A stretch of 64,000 nucleotides of DNA from an uncultured Clostridium sp. (GTDB taxonomy: Bacteria > Bacillota > Clostridia > TANB77 > CAG-508): contig CAKNIZ010000005.1 of assembly GCA_930980855.1 (NCBI GenBank), positions 4,713 to 68,712 on the forward strand. The letters run 5' to 3'. This document shows, piece after piece, positions 10,901 through 20,097 of this stretch. A program made the translations under genes and the position numbers. Below the pieces are notes generated by a model. The model was not told the origin of the DNA. It was given only the letters and a program-made list of their open reading frames with translations, and ran no database searches. The first letter of the stretch is position 1, and every line of letters begins with the position of its first letter.

Positions 10901-12792
10901 TCTAAAGTTAAATCAACTACTAAACGAATTACAGTTCCTTTTGATATAGCTTGTTCTTCATATTTTGTTTGTGTTCCAGTTAAAGATAAATAGATAGTAT
11001 TTCCTTCTACTCTAAATTCATTTTGTGTTAATTCTTCTTCATATAATAATTTTGCATCTTTTAATTCAATATTTGTTACCTCTTCAGGTAATCTAATCAT
11101 TATTTCTGGATTTTGATATAAAGCATCTGTTATATCATCTCTTTCTAGTGTTGCTGTGATAATAACATCTTCATTTTCTACTACTGTTGAAAGGTTATTG
11201 TTGCTAATTTCAATACTTGCTTTTGAAGTAGGTTCTTCTAATGTAATTGTTTTAGTAGATTCTTGATTTATTAATATTCTTGAAGTCATATTTGTAAAAC
11301 TTTGTATTTCTTCTTTTGAAAGATTTAGTTCACTAGAAATAGCTTTATCTGCATGAATTGTTATATCTCCTTCAGATACTGGTTTGCTAAATTCGAAAGT
11401 AATTTTTGAAGAATTTACATCTAATTCTAATTTGTCTTTATTTAGAGTTCCTATTAATGTTCCATCTTCTTTTGAAACATTAATGCTACCTGATTCTCCA
11501 AGTACTTTTATAATTTCTTCTTGTGAAACACTAATTTTTTTAGTGTATACAGAATTGCTTATATCTTGTTCATTAAATAATTCTCCTAAATCTTTTACAG
11601 TTACCTTATCTAATGCTTCAGCGAGTCCTATATTTATTTTGTAGTCTTCTGAAAATTCTGTTTCTTTCTTTCCGTCACTAGTATTTATATTATTATACAT
11701 ATATCCCTTATTTAAAGTTTCCACATTACTTGTAATTTCTGCTGTTACAATATCTCCAATTTTTCCATCTATTGTATAATCATTTTCTTGTGTTTCATTC
11801 GTAAAGCTCATACCATTTATTAATGTAGTATTCGTCGTCACTTTTGATGTTACTTTTGTAGCTTCTTCATTCATGTTTACATTATATAAATATGTAATAA
11901 CAAATCTATCTGCTAGTTCTTTATTCCAAGAAACTTTTCCTTCTTCATTTTCTGGATTGTTTACTTTAATTGTAATTGTTCCTGTATTTTCATCATAGGT
12001 CCAATTTTCATTTGAAAAAGCTGTACCGTCTAATACGCCATTTGTATTAGCTGTATCTATTGCATTTATAATTATTTTAGAAGGTTTATTTCCAGACAAC
12101 TCTGGAACAGTAACCAATAATTCCTTAGAATTAATTGGCATTTTTGCATCTTTTAATTTATCGCTTAGAATAACACTTAACATCGTTTGATTATTATATG
12201 TTAAATAACGAATAACACTTTGAGATGTTTCACTAGATAAAGAATTTTCATCTATTGTCCAAGATAAGTTTTGTACTAATTCTTTTTCTACTTTTCTTTC
12301 TTTATTATCCTTGTTAACATATGTTGCTTCTAATATAACCTTACTTTCTCTACCTAAAGTATCTTTAGATATTTGTTCTTGCTTATCTAAAGTAATTGGG
12401 ATTGCTAAGTCAACAGTCTGTCCTGCACTAATCATGTTTAGTTCTACTCTATCTTGAGTAATATTTTTTATTCTTTCATCTTCTATGCCGTCAGTTTTTA
12501 AAATATAATTATTATTTTCTAGTCTAATAACTATATCTTTTAAATATCCTGTATTCTCAACGCTTGTAGAAAGATAAAGCTTATTTGTATCTGAGTCCAT
12601 ATTTGCTGTATATGAATGTTGATTGTGAGAACTATCATCTCCTATTGTTGCATTAAATTTTACATTTGCTTGATTTGTGTCGCTATTTTGTTCTAAAAGA
12701 TCTGCTGCATAAACTCCAGTGGTAATAAACTGAGCTCCCAATAGCACCGTAACAAGCAAAATAGCAAAGATTTTGTTAGTTATTCTTTTCAT
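7960..12792 (-). CDS. Giant cell-surface repeat protein (DUF11-like and SdrD-B-like domains, C-terminal membrane or sorting anchor)
   Basis: 1610 aa. Signal peptide (ILLVTVLLGAQFITTGVYA). An SdrD-B-like block (VTGNIWIDENNDGRR...GRYTFNNVKPGQYNV). The C-terminus has TLGTG, then a hydrophobic helix and a KKR tail, which is a non-canonical LPXTG-like signal. Confidence 0.7.
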   Translation of the reverse strand: MKRITNKIFAILLVTVLLGAQFITTGVYAADLLEQNSDTNQANVKFNATIGDDSSHNQHSYTANMDSDTNKLYLSTSVENTGYLKDIVIRLENNNYILKTDGIEDERIKNITQDRVELNMISAGQTVDLAIPITLDKQEQISKDTLGRESKVILEATYVNKDNKERKVEKELVQNLSWTIDENSLSSETSQSVIRYLTYNNQTMLSVILSDKLKDAKMPINSKELLVTVPELSGNKPSKIIINAIDTANTNGVLDGTAFSNENWTYDENTGTITIKVNNPENEEGKVSWNKELADRFVITYLYNVNMNEEATKVTSKVTTNTTLINGMSFTNETQENDYTIDGKIGDIVTAEITSNVETLNKGYMYNNINTSDGKKETEFSEDYKINIGLAEALDKVTVKDLGELFNEQDISNSVYTKKISVSQEEIIKVLGESGSINVSKEDGTLIGTLNKDKLELDVNSSKITFEFSKPVSEGDITIHADKAISSELNLSKEEIQSFTNMTSRILINQESTKTITLEEPTSKASIEISNNNLSTVVENEDVIITATLERDDITDALYQNPEIMIRLPEEVTNIELKDAKLLYEEELTQNEFRVEGNTIYLSLTGTQTKYEEQAISKGTVIRLVVDLTLDNLAPSKETNITLDYTNQNNYSVQREAVTNSVQAPVNVVAPTGFVTINSLTGYNGDEKATSQEGNEEIGRIAANSSEKTMQVTGTIVNNLGSDATGVKVLGRIPFSGNTKVGTNENLGSNFDTKFASGITLDGITGTIYYSTNENADADLQNSSNGWTKDYTADAKSYLIVLDGAMTNATRFNFNYNVTVPANLQYNNTVKSNFGIYYDNDAEEGTTQNVVSATPVGITTGLEPDVTAEITAYDFNTGAQIANGADIKEGQYIKFRVKVKNNADVPATNVKVTQTMPDELAALVYREGSTGGPGSYGLNYELTEQVQTIESLGAGEEKELEFNVGNIEIIDDNTGDEEDPDIQEDPYQTLTTFKVISDQTPEQVLEYSFHNTKGTVRLSLVADVEGKALNGQLISFDVELENVNRDEKNNVVLNLKFPQGMEYAGTDYTQYYNKETNTLSYPIGQMSSRKTVYMQFYGRVTGELSNDAIVVASATSDGGQEEFSNSISYYSSRVDIFAEQSTNLPDGTMIDTDQLEFYVDIENRGDTDVRLTFANTLPSELRLTNYRLVVNGQEVASSTGGFIKTNFTLKAGENARATIRARANTIAQGQETTVENKPTLQIIDGDAVSINSASVRIQGTGDYEQGGADEPSIDGTYRVTGNIWIDENNDGRRSSEETRFANIRVMLYDSTTGAIAKDVSGNDLVMTTGEDGRYTFNNVKPGQYNVVAEFDTSIYRVTVYHAEGISESENSDFVNATLDGREVAATDNFTITNSNFYNLDLGLSRIRNFDLSIDKTISKVTATNPYIETIEQEVNSSFGKIDLYNTKIEDTTVLVEYNITVTNEGEIPGYAEEIVDYLPEGMAFSSELNNNWYMASDGNLYTTSLANTIINPGESKTVTLVLTRKMTGENTGTVHNLVEINKSYNEYGLEDKDSTAGNKQDGEDDISYADLLITLGTGREVASFIGITIGVLAIIGVAVWIIKKRVLNKI

Positions 12793-13139
12793 TTTAACCT
12801 CCTAATTGTCCCTAAATTAACATAACTTAATTATATATTATTTTAAGCTAAAATTCAAGGCTTTTATTGCTTTTTTTGACATTTTGCCATATCAAATAAA
12901 GACAATTCGAGCTAATGTTTTTTATATATTAAACCTATAATTAAATAAGTGCAATATCTGGTCTGTTATTTTAATATTTTTCATAACTTTTTAATATACG
13001 GAAATAGAAATATCCGTTCTTTTATTAAATTTTCTTTACAAAAGTGTAACAAAATCAAAGTAAGTGAATATAATATTATAGTCAGATAATAAGTTTGCGT
13101 AAGCAATTCTTAATGTAATATTTTGTGGAGGATATGGTT

Positions 13140-13718
13140 ATGAATAATGATGATATGAATAATATGATAAAAAAAGCACAGGAGATGATTCAAAATAATC
13201 AAATACCTGATGAATTAAAAAATATGGTGGCAAATATGCAAAAAAGCAGCACAAATACTAATAATAATTATGCTCAAAATTCTAATTATAATAGAAATAA
13301 TAGTTCAAATTATTCTAATAAGCAGGATTATAATAAATATTCAAATACCTATTCTCAGAGAAACAATTATAAACCAAATAATACTACTAACAATCAATCA
13401 AACAATTCTACAAACAATATTGATTTAAACAATATTAGTGAATTACTAAAAAATTTTCAAATGAATTCTAATAATAGTTCTAATGACAATAATAGTCAAG
13501 ACTTTCCCAATATAGATGTTGAAACTATGATGAGAATTCAAAATATCATGAGTAAAATGAAGTCCGCAGATAGTAATGATGACGTGTCTAAATTATTAAT
13601 TTCACTTAAGCCTTATCTTCGTGATGAAAAAAAAGGAAAAATTGATGAATATATAAAATTAATTAGAATGGGAAAAATGACCCAAATGTTTGAATCCTTT
13701 GGTGGTGATAAAAAGTGA
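13140..13718 (+). CDS. Asn-rich low-complexity hypothetical protein
   Basis: The ORF track starts it at a GTG (13125). The ATG at 13140 lies 8 nt after GGAGG (13127-13131). The central ~90 aa are N/S/Q-rich and the C-terminus is conserved-looking (LKPYLRDEKKGKIDEYIKLIRMG). Confidence 0.5.
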   Translation: MNNDDMNNMIKKAQEMIQNNQIPDELKNMVANMQKSSTNTNNNYAQNSNYNRNNSSNYSNKQDYNKYSNTYSQRNNYKPNNTTNNQSNNSTNNIDLNNISELLKNFQMNSNNSSNDNNSQDFPNIDVETMMRIQNIMSKMKSADSNDDVSKLLISLKPYLRDEKKGKIDEYIKLIRMGKMTQMFESFGGDKK

Positions 13719-13876
13719 ACTTATTTCCAGTAGAAGAGGATGGAATTATTGATATTTTTGGTTTTAAACTTCATACAGACGATTTAATAATTATTCTTGT
13801 CCTCTTCATATTATATAAGGAAGATGTAAAAGATAAGTTTCTTTTTATCGCTCTTATTTTATTACTTTTAAGCTAA
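13715..13876 (+). CDS. Possible 53-aa small hydrophobic protein, translationally coupled (GTGA overlap)
   Basis: A GTG overlaps the upstream TGA stop. It encodes VNLFPVEEDGIIDIFGFKLHTDDLIIILVLFILYKEDVKDKFLFIALILLLLS. It is below the ORF-track cutoff and I read it by hand. Confidence 0.2.
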   Translation: MNLFPVEEDGIIDIFGFKLHTDDLIIILVLFILYKEDVKDKFLFIALILLLLS

Positions 13877-13885
13877 CTTTTGTAT

Positions 13886-14109
13886 CTTTTTTATAATGAA
13901 TAAAATATGGTTTTAGCTTCAAGGGGAGCGAATGGCATAGCCTGAGTGAGCCGGAAGGCGCGTTCTTACGTTAAGAAGTTAATTATCTTTTCACCTTTTT
14001 TATAATGAATAAAATATGGTTTTAGCTTCAAGGGGAGCGAATGGCGCAGCCTGAGTGAGCCGGAAGGCGCGTCCCTGCGCCGAGAAGTTAAAACCATATT
14101 TTATTCATT
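13886..14109. repeat. Family A GC-rich-core hairpin element, two tandem copies (110-bp period; first copy truncated on its right arm)
   Basis: The core caaggggagcgaatggc[a/g][t/c]agcctgagtgagccggaaggcgcg occurs twice. Copy 2 is enclosed by a ~26-bp AT-rich inverted repeat (aatgaataaaatatggttttagcttc / gaagttaaaaccatattttattcatt). Confidence 0.8.
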
Positions 14110-14155
14110 TAATTCAAATACAAAAAAATAATAAGTACTTAAAATAAAGCACTCA

Positions 14156-14770
14156 TTATTCCATTTCTATTACTCCCTCATCACTTATATACGCATATGA
14201 ATATCTCTCCATATCTATCTCATCCCTTGTTCTCTCTTTTATCATACTAGATATTCTAATTTGTGGAGATTCTATCGCATGAGCTGCAATCAAAGCTTTT
14301 TCATTTCCTTTTGCTCCTGCATGTGCCATTCCCCTAAGCGTTCCTAATACTACAATATTATCCTCTGCAATGACCTCTGCTCCGTCATTAACATCTCCTA
14401 AAATAGCTACACTACCTTCAAATTCAATTCTTTGTCCTGATCTTAATGAACCTTTGTAATATTTAGTTTCTGATGTTTCAATTTCTTTTTTAAAAGTTTT
14501 CTTTATTCCGTGTAGCCCCAAGGTTCTAGGGCTTTCAAAATCAACTTTAACTTTCATTTCTCTTTGTATTAAATCTTGTATGTCATCTATTTCTGCTTTT
14601 TTTAATATTTTTCCAGTTACTAATATAGGAGTTTTATCTTCTTTATAAAATCTTTTTAACTCTGGTAACTTTTCATTTAATTCTGCCATTATATCTCTTT
14701 TAGTAGCATCTTCTTTTATTCTTAATATGATATTATCTTGTCTTAAAAAAATATTAATATTTCTTGTCAT
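14156..14770 (-). CDS. minC: Septum site-determining protein MinC
   Basis: 204 aa. C-terminal MinC beta-helix signature (LRSGQRIEFEGSVAILGDVNDGAEVIAEDNIVVLGTLRGMAHAG). It lies downstream of mreBCD-pbp, as in Firmicutes. Confidence 0.8.
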   Translation of the reverse strand: MTRNINIFLRQDNIILRIKEDATKRDIMAELNEKLPELKRFYKEDKTPILVTGKILKKAEIDDIQDLIQREMKVKVDFESPRTLGLHGIKKTFKKEIETSETKYYKGSLRSGQRIEFEGSVAILGDVNDGAEVIAEDNIVVLGTLRGMAHAGAKGNEKALIAAHAIESPQIRISSMIKERTRDEIDMERYSYAYISDEGVIEME

Positions 14771-14909
14771 TGTCTTTTCCTTAAAATATATTTAGGTTTT
14801 GGCTTCCCTATAACCGCTTCATCCTTCGTATATTTAACGTTTTTATTATATCATGAAGAAAATAAATTGTAAAGAAAAGATGGTAAGTTTTTCTTACCAC
14901 CTAAATACT

Positions 14910-16979
14910 CTACCTTACTGTTTGCATATATGAAGTTGCAGTCATGTCTTCTGTAACAGTTCCTGCATTCATTCCTAAGTATTGCTCAAATATTTCTCTT
15001 GCAGTAGGCGCTGTATAATTACCATGTTGCCCATTTTTTACATATACTGCAACTGCAATTTCTGGATCATCAAATGGTGCAAAACCAACAAACCACGCAT
15101 CGGCATTATGATTTGTGTCAGTAGTTGCTGAACCTGTCTTACCTCCTACTTCAATATCAAAATCTCTAAAGTATGAATAAGCTGTTCCAGAGCCATCACT
15201 TGTAACACCTCTCATTCCTTCTTTTATTGCTTGATAATTTGTTTCGCTAATACTTATGTCTGACCCACTATTTCCACTTACTTCAAGTTTTTCATTAACA
15301 TATGAGTTGATTTCATCTCTTGAAACTTCTGTTCCGTCTGCTTTATTTATTGATTTTACAATAGTAACATCAATATTTTTTCCTCCATTTGCTACCATCG
15401 CTGTATATTTTGCCATTTGAAGTGGAGTAAATGCATTATTAAGCTGTCCTATAGCTGCCTGAATTGTGTAACCATCAACCCATGGATTCATTGTATCTCT
15501 TGAAGCTAAGACACCTGGTTCTTCAGATGGTAATTCTATTCCTGTTTTTTGTCCTAAACCAAATGCTGTAGCAACTTGTGCTAATCTATCAATTCCAGTC
15601 CTTCTTCCAGTTTCATAGAAAAAATAGTTACATGATGATTCTATTGCCCTTGTTACATCAAGCCATCCATGTCCTCCTCTTTTCCAACATACCGGTTGAT
15701 AATCTCTATAATAAGTGTATTTTCCTGTGTCATTTATTTTCGTACTTGTATCTATTGCTCCACTTTCTAAACCTGCTATAGCTGTTACCATTTTAAATGT
15801 AGAACCTGGTGGAGCAATTGAAGATATTGCCTTATTTATAAGTGGATGACTTGAATCATTTAAGTAATTATTCCAATTTTCTGTACTAATTCCATCTACA
15901 AATAATGATGGATCATAGTTTGGATAGCTTGCCATTGCAAGAATTTCTCCCGTTTTTACATTTATTACTACTGCTGCACCTTCTGATGCTGTTGCTGCAC
16001 CACTTAGTTCACCTGTTTTCATCATTTCTATATTATTTGCTAATGCATCCTCTGTTATTTTTTGAAGGTCTGCATCTATTGTAAGCATAATATCATTTCC
16101 TACAATTGCTTCTTCCGCTACATATTCATCTGTAACTATACCATCCACAGACATATCTATTTGTTTCACTCCGTCTATTCCTCTTAAGTATTTTTCGAAA
16201 ACCTGCTCTATACCAGTTTTGCCCGTCACATCATTTTGGTCATATATTTCTTCATTGCCTTTTAATTCATCTTCACTTATTGGACCTACATATCCTAATA
16301 TATGAGATGCAAGAGTTCCATATGGATAGTAAATAGTTGGCTCCGATGTAGTACTTATACCTGGAAAGCTTGTGCTCATTTCATTTATCTTTGCAAGACT
16401 TGCATTACTTATATTAGAAGCTAGTTCAACTGATTTTGTATTACTATATCCATCTTTTTCTATTTCATATCTTAGAATCATAATTTTCAAGGCTTCATCT
16501 ACATTTTCATTACTTATTTTATATTTTTCCTTAAAATAGTTAAAACATGCTTCTGCATCATACCCTTCATCTAATTTATTAGATTTTTTAAAGGTTTTGG
16601 CAGTTTCTTCATTTTCAAAAGCGTATGGATTAACAGTAATTGGGAAGTTATCTACGTATTTGTCTCCATTACCTTCTAGTGTAGTGGCAAGTAGTAATAA
16701 TGAATTATTTAATGTCTCGTTATCTATTTTTGTTTTATAGATTTCCACATTATATACAAGTTTTGTGGATACAAGTTTTTCTCCACTACTATCTAATATA
16801 TTTCCTCTTGCTGCTTTTATAGTTGTCTCCCTGGTTAATCTTGTATTTGATTCTTCTCTATATTCTTTACCATTTACTATTTGCAAATTAAATAGCTGAA
16901 GCAAAAGGATGATTCCTATTATGTATACAATAGCCATTAAAATATTGTATCTTAATTTATTTTCACTCTTTTTTCCCAT
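14910..16979 (-). CDS. mrdA: Penicillin-binding protein 2 (elongation transpeptidase)
   Basis: 689 aa. N-terminal membrane anchor, PBP dimerisation domain, and transpeptidase motifs STFK (PPGSTFKMVTA), SSCN and KTGS. It sits directly after mreD. Confidence 0.8.
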   Translation of the reverse strand: MGKKSENKLRYNILMAIVYIIGIILLLQLFNLQIVNGKEYREESNTRLTRETTIKAARGNILDSSGEKLVSTKLVYNVEIYKTKIDNETLNNSLLLLATTLEGNGDKYVDNFPITVNPYAFENEETAKTFKKSNKLDEGYDAEACFNYFKEKYKISNENVDEALKIMILRYEIEKDGYSNTKSVELASNISNASLAKINEMSTSFPGISTTSEPTIYYPYGTLASHILGYVGPISEDELKGNEEIYDQNDVTGKTGIEQVFEKYLRGIDGVKQIDMSVDGIVTDEYVAEEAIVGNDIMLTIDADLQKITEDALANNIEMMKTGELSGAATASEGAAVVINVKTGEILAMASYPNYDPSLFVDGISTENWNNYLNDSSHPLINKAISSIAPPGSTFKMVTAIAGLESGAIDTSTKINDTGKYTYYRDYQPVCWKRGGHGWLDVTRAIESSCNYFFYETGRRTGIDRLAQVATAFGLGQKTGIELPSEEPGVLASRDTMNPWVDGYTIQAAIGQLNNAFTPLQMAKYTAMVANGGKNIDVTIVKSINKADGTEVSRDEINSYVNEKLEVSGNSGSDISISETNYQAIKEGMRGVTSDGSGTAYSYFRDFDIEVGGKTGSATTDTNHNADAWFVGFAPFDDPEIAVAVYVKNGQHGNYTAPTAREIFEQYLGMNAGTVTEDMTATSYMQTVR

Positions 16980-16991
16980 TCTTCCTCCAAA

Positions 16992-17525
16992 TTAAAAATA
17001 TCTAGTAAGAATTTTTTTGCCCTTAAAAGAATCTTCCATATAATAACCTAATTTTCTAATTAATGGATAAAAAATGATTATTAATAATGTATTAAATATA
17101 ATTTCTACAAATAAAGTAAGTATAAATGTTAGAACTTCAGGTTCTGCACCAGAGACAAATATTTTAACTAGATATGTTGCTACTTCATAAAGTATAGTGC
17201 TACCAACTAGCATCAAAATAATCGTTACTCTACTATCTTTTGAAAAATTCTTATCAAAATATTCTCCAAGTAGTCCTATTACTCCTAGGAATACTGATGT
17301 AAATCCAATACTGTTTCCTGTTGTAAAATCTAAAATAAGGCCAAATATAATTCCAAATATTCCTCCCATTTTATTTCCCACAAATAAACCTATAAACAAA
17401 CTTAAAAATATAAATAGGTTTGGCATTATTCCGCCAATATTAAACCAAGAAAAGAAATTAGATTGTAAAAAGTAAATTAAAAAAAACATTAGTAATATAA
17501 TTATAATAACTTTAAATTTCCTCAA
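16992..17525 (-). CDS. mreD: Rod shape-determining protein MreD
   Basis: 177-aa polytopic membrane protein located between mreC and pbp2. Confidence 0.75.
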   Translation of the reverse strand: MRKFKVIIIILLMFFLIYFLQSNFFSWFNIGGIMPNLFIFLSLFIGLFVGNKMGGIFGIIFGLILDFTTGNSIGFTSVFLGVIGLLGEYFDKNFSKDSRVTIILMLVGSTILYEVATYLVKIFVSGAEPEVLTFILTLFVEIIFNTLLIIIFYPLIRKLGYYMEDSFKGKKILTRYF

Positions 17526-17536
17526 TTTTCTCTCCT

Positions 17537-18349
17537 TTATTGTTCAGTAATAACCAATACTGTTTCTAAATTAGAAAAATCGGTAGATACTTCTATTTCA
17601 GCATATCTATCTGCTTCATTTTGTGTATTTACAACTGTTTTTACATTACCCACCAAAATTCCTTTAGGATATATTCCTCCAAGTCCTGAAGTTACCACCT
17701 CATCACCTTGGAGTATTGTACTATCTGCCGGAATATATGTTGCTTTTAATATTTCAGTACTATTTAGTGTTCCTTTTAATACAACACTATCCTGAACATT
17801 TGAAATATTAGCACTTACATTACTTGCTGTATCTATAATCGTCTGAATTTTTGCTGTATCATTAGTTACTGAAATTACATGTCCTACTAAGCCTGATTCA
17901 GAAATGACCGGCATATTTACATTTATTCCATCATCTGTTCCTGCATTTATTACAATTAGTTTATCATAATTACTAAGGCTTCTTTGAATTACATAAGCTG
18001 GAACAGTAGTATATGAAGAATATTTATCTTTTAGGTTCACATATTCTTTTAATGTGTTATTTTCTGACTTTAGTATTTCCAGTTCTCTTAATTGTTCCTG
18101 CAATTGACTATTTTCATCTTTAAGTTTTTGATTTTCTTCTTTTAGAGTTTGTATATCACTTAATTCTTGTTCGTTTCCAGTAATTTTATTTTTTAAATAT
18201 ATTATTCCATTTTGTATTGGCATAAATAGTTTTCCTACAGCACTTTCCATAGCCCACAAATTTCCAGTACTAATGTTTGAAACAATTACTACTACTATTA
18301 AGATAATAATAGTTATAATAATACCTATCATACCAGCTTTATTTTTCAT
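17537..18349 (-). CDS. mreC: Rod shape-determining protein MreC
   Basis: 270 aa. N-terminal TM helix, a coiled coil (QKLKDENSQLQEQLRELE), and a beta-barrel C-terminus (VVTSGLGGIYPKGILVG). Confidence 0.85.
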   Translation of the reverse strand: MKNKAGMIGIIITIIILIVVVIVSNISTGNLWAMESAVGKLFMPIQNGIIYLKNKITGNEQELSDIQTLKEENQKLKDENSQLQEQLRELEILKSENNTLKEYVNLKDKYSSYTTVPAYVIQRSLSNYDKLIVINAGTDDGINVNMPVISESGLVGHVISVTNDTAKIQTIIDTASNVSANISNVQDSVVLKGTLNSTEILKATYIPADSTILQGDEVVTSGLGGIYPKGILVGNVKTVVNTQNEADRYAEIEVSTDFSNLETVLVITEQ

Positions 18350-19389
18350 TATAAACCTCTTTTTTCTGTGTTAAGTAAAACACCTTTTAAATTATCTATA
18401 TTTTCTAAAACTTTTCCTGCACCTATAGCTACGCATTCTAAAGGCGTATCAGCCACATAAGTTTGAACTCCTGTTTTTTGTGAAATTAAGATATCTAAAT
18501 TTCTAATTTGTGCACCACCACCTGCTAAATATATACCATTTTGAATAATATCTGATGCAAGTTCAGGTGGTGTAACAGATAAAGTACTTATTATTGCTTC
18601 CATTATTTCATTTATTGGTTTTTTCATAGCTTCTTCAATATCTTTTGATGAAACTAAAACATTTTTAGGAAGTCCTGTTTCTAAATCTCTTCCTCTAATT
18701 TCCTTGGTCATTTCTGATACAAGAGGAAGAGCACATCCTAATTCAATTTTTAATCCTTCTGCTGCCGATAATCCTATTGCAATTCCTTTTTTCTTTTTTA
18801 AATATTCAACAATACTTTCATCGATTTCGTTTCCTGCTACTCTAATTGATGTACTTGCTACAACTCCTCCTAAAGATATAACGGCGACTTCTGTAGTTCC
18901 TCCACCTATATCTATTATCATATTTCCTACGGGTTCTTTAACATTAAGTCCTGCGCCTATTGCTGCTGCCATTGGTTCTTGTATTAAATAAACTTCTTTT
19001 GCATTAGCTTGTAAAAAAGCCTCTTCTATAGCTCTTTTTTCTACTTCTGTTATACCAGATGGAACTCCTACAACAACTCTTGGTTTTCCAGCATTATACT
19101 TTTGGCATACTTTTTTTAACATATTTTTTAGCATTAATCCTGTTGCTGTAAAATCAGCAATAACTCCATCTTGCATAGGCCTTACGGCTTTTATATTTTC
19201 AGGGGTTCTGCCTAGCATATCCCTTGCTTCTTTTCCAGTTGCCACTATTTCTCCTGTAACTCTATCTAGGGCTACTACTGAAGGCTCCCTTAATACTATT
19301 CCTTTTCCTTTTAAAGCAATTAGAATATTGGCTGTTCCCAAATCCATTCCTATATCTTTTGAATTAAAATCAAGTAAATTAAATTTCAT
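18349..19389 (-). CDS. mreB: Actin-like rod shape protein MreB
   Basis: 346 aa. Motifs DIGMDLGTANI, VVGVPSG, IIDIGGGTTEVAVISLGG, LAGGGAQ. Confidence 0.9.
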   Translation of the reverse strand: MKFNLLDFNSKDIGMDLGTANILIALKGKGIVLREPSVVALDRVTGEIVATGKEARDMLGRTPENIKAVRPMQDGVIADFTATGLMLKNMLKKVCQKYNAGKPRVVVGVPSGITEVEKRAIEEAFLQANAKEVYLIQEPMAAAIGAGLNVKEPVGNMIIDIGGGTTEVAVISLGGVVASTSIRVAGNEIDESIVEYLKKKKGIAIGLSAAEGLKIELGCALPLVSEMTKEIRGRDLETGLPKNVLVSSKDIEEAMKKPINEIMEAIISTLSVTPPELASDIIQNGIYLAGGGAQIRNLDILISQKTGVQTYVADTPLECVAIGAGKVLENIDNLKGVLLNTEKRGL

Positions 19390-20071
19390 TGTTATCTTTC
19401 CTCTCTAAAACTATACTATTATACTTCCCATCTCCAATTATGATATGGTCAAGCATTACAACTCCAAGCAATTTTGCACATACCATAACTCTATCTGTAA
19501 AATCTTTGTCTTTTTTACTTGCACTAGTATCTCCGCTTGGATGATTATGGATAAGAATAAACTTAGGAACTTGTTCTCTAACAATATCGCTCAAAATTTG
19601 AGCAGGTGTAATGGCTATTTCTCTACTATTTCCTACTTTTAAATCATTGATTTTAATTAGTTCATTTTTTGAATTTAACATTAGGACTTTTAAAATTTCC
19701 TGTTTTTCGTATCTAAGTTCATCCATAAATAAATCAGCAACATCTTTTGTTGACTTAATTATTTTATTCATCTTTTGAACTGGCACCCTCATTCTTTTAG
19801 CAAGTTCAGAAACTGCTTTTATTTGAATAGCTTTTACCCTTCCTATTCCTTTTATTGCTTCTAGTGAATCAATTGATATATATTCTAAATCCCTTAATTC
19901 ATTTGTCAAAAGTAATACTCTACTTGCTAATTCTAATGAAGTTGCATCTTTGGTTCCTGTTTTTATAATTATTGCCAATAACTCTGCATTTGATAACTTT
20001 TTTGCACCATACATTTGCATTTTTTCATATGGTCTTTCTGATTCTGGCAATTCATTCATTTTTAATGGCAT
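19379..20071 (-). CDS. radC: RadC-family JAB-domain protein
   Basis: 230 aa. An HhH region (SNAELLAIIIKTG) and the JAMM motif HNHPSGD. Confidence 0.85.
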   Translation of the reverse strand: MPLKMNELPESERPYEKMQMYGAKKLSNAELLAIIIKTGTKDATSLELASRVLLLTNELRDLEYISIDSLEAIKGIGRVKAIQIKAVSELAKRMRVPVQKMNKIIKSTKDVADLFMDELRYEKQEILKVLMLNSKNELIKINDLKVGNSREIAITPAQILSDIVREQVPKFILIHNHPSGDTSASKKDKDFTDRVMVCAKLLGVVMLDHIIIGDGKYNSIVLERKDNNEI

Positions 20072-20097
20072 TAAGTTTCCTTTCTGCCCCCACTTAT

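Noticed and set aside
14060-14085. CUGA..GA string in the family A core reminiscent of a hammerhead ribozyme core
   Set aside because: The sequence is CUGAGUGA, one nucleotide too long for CUGANGA. No GAAA plus three-helix junction can be assembled.
13886-14109. Tandem ~110-bp repeat that might be mistaken for a CRISPR array
   Set aside because: There are only two units, and the unit is far longer than a CRISPR repeat. There is no repeat-spacer alternation and no cas genes. Each unit is a hairpin element. No CRISPR-like array was seen anywhere in the window.
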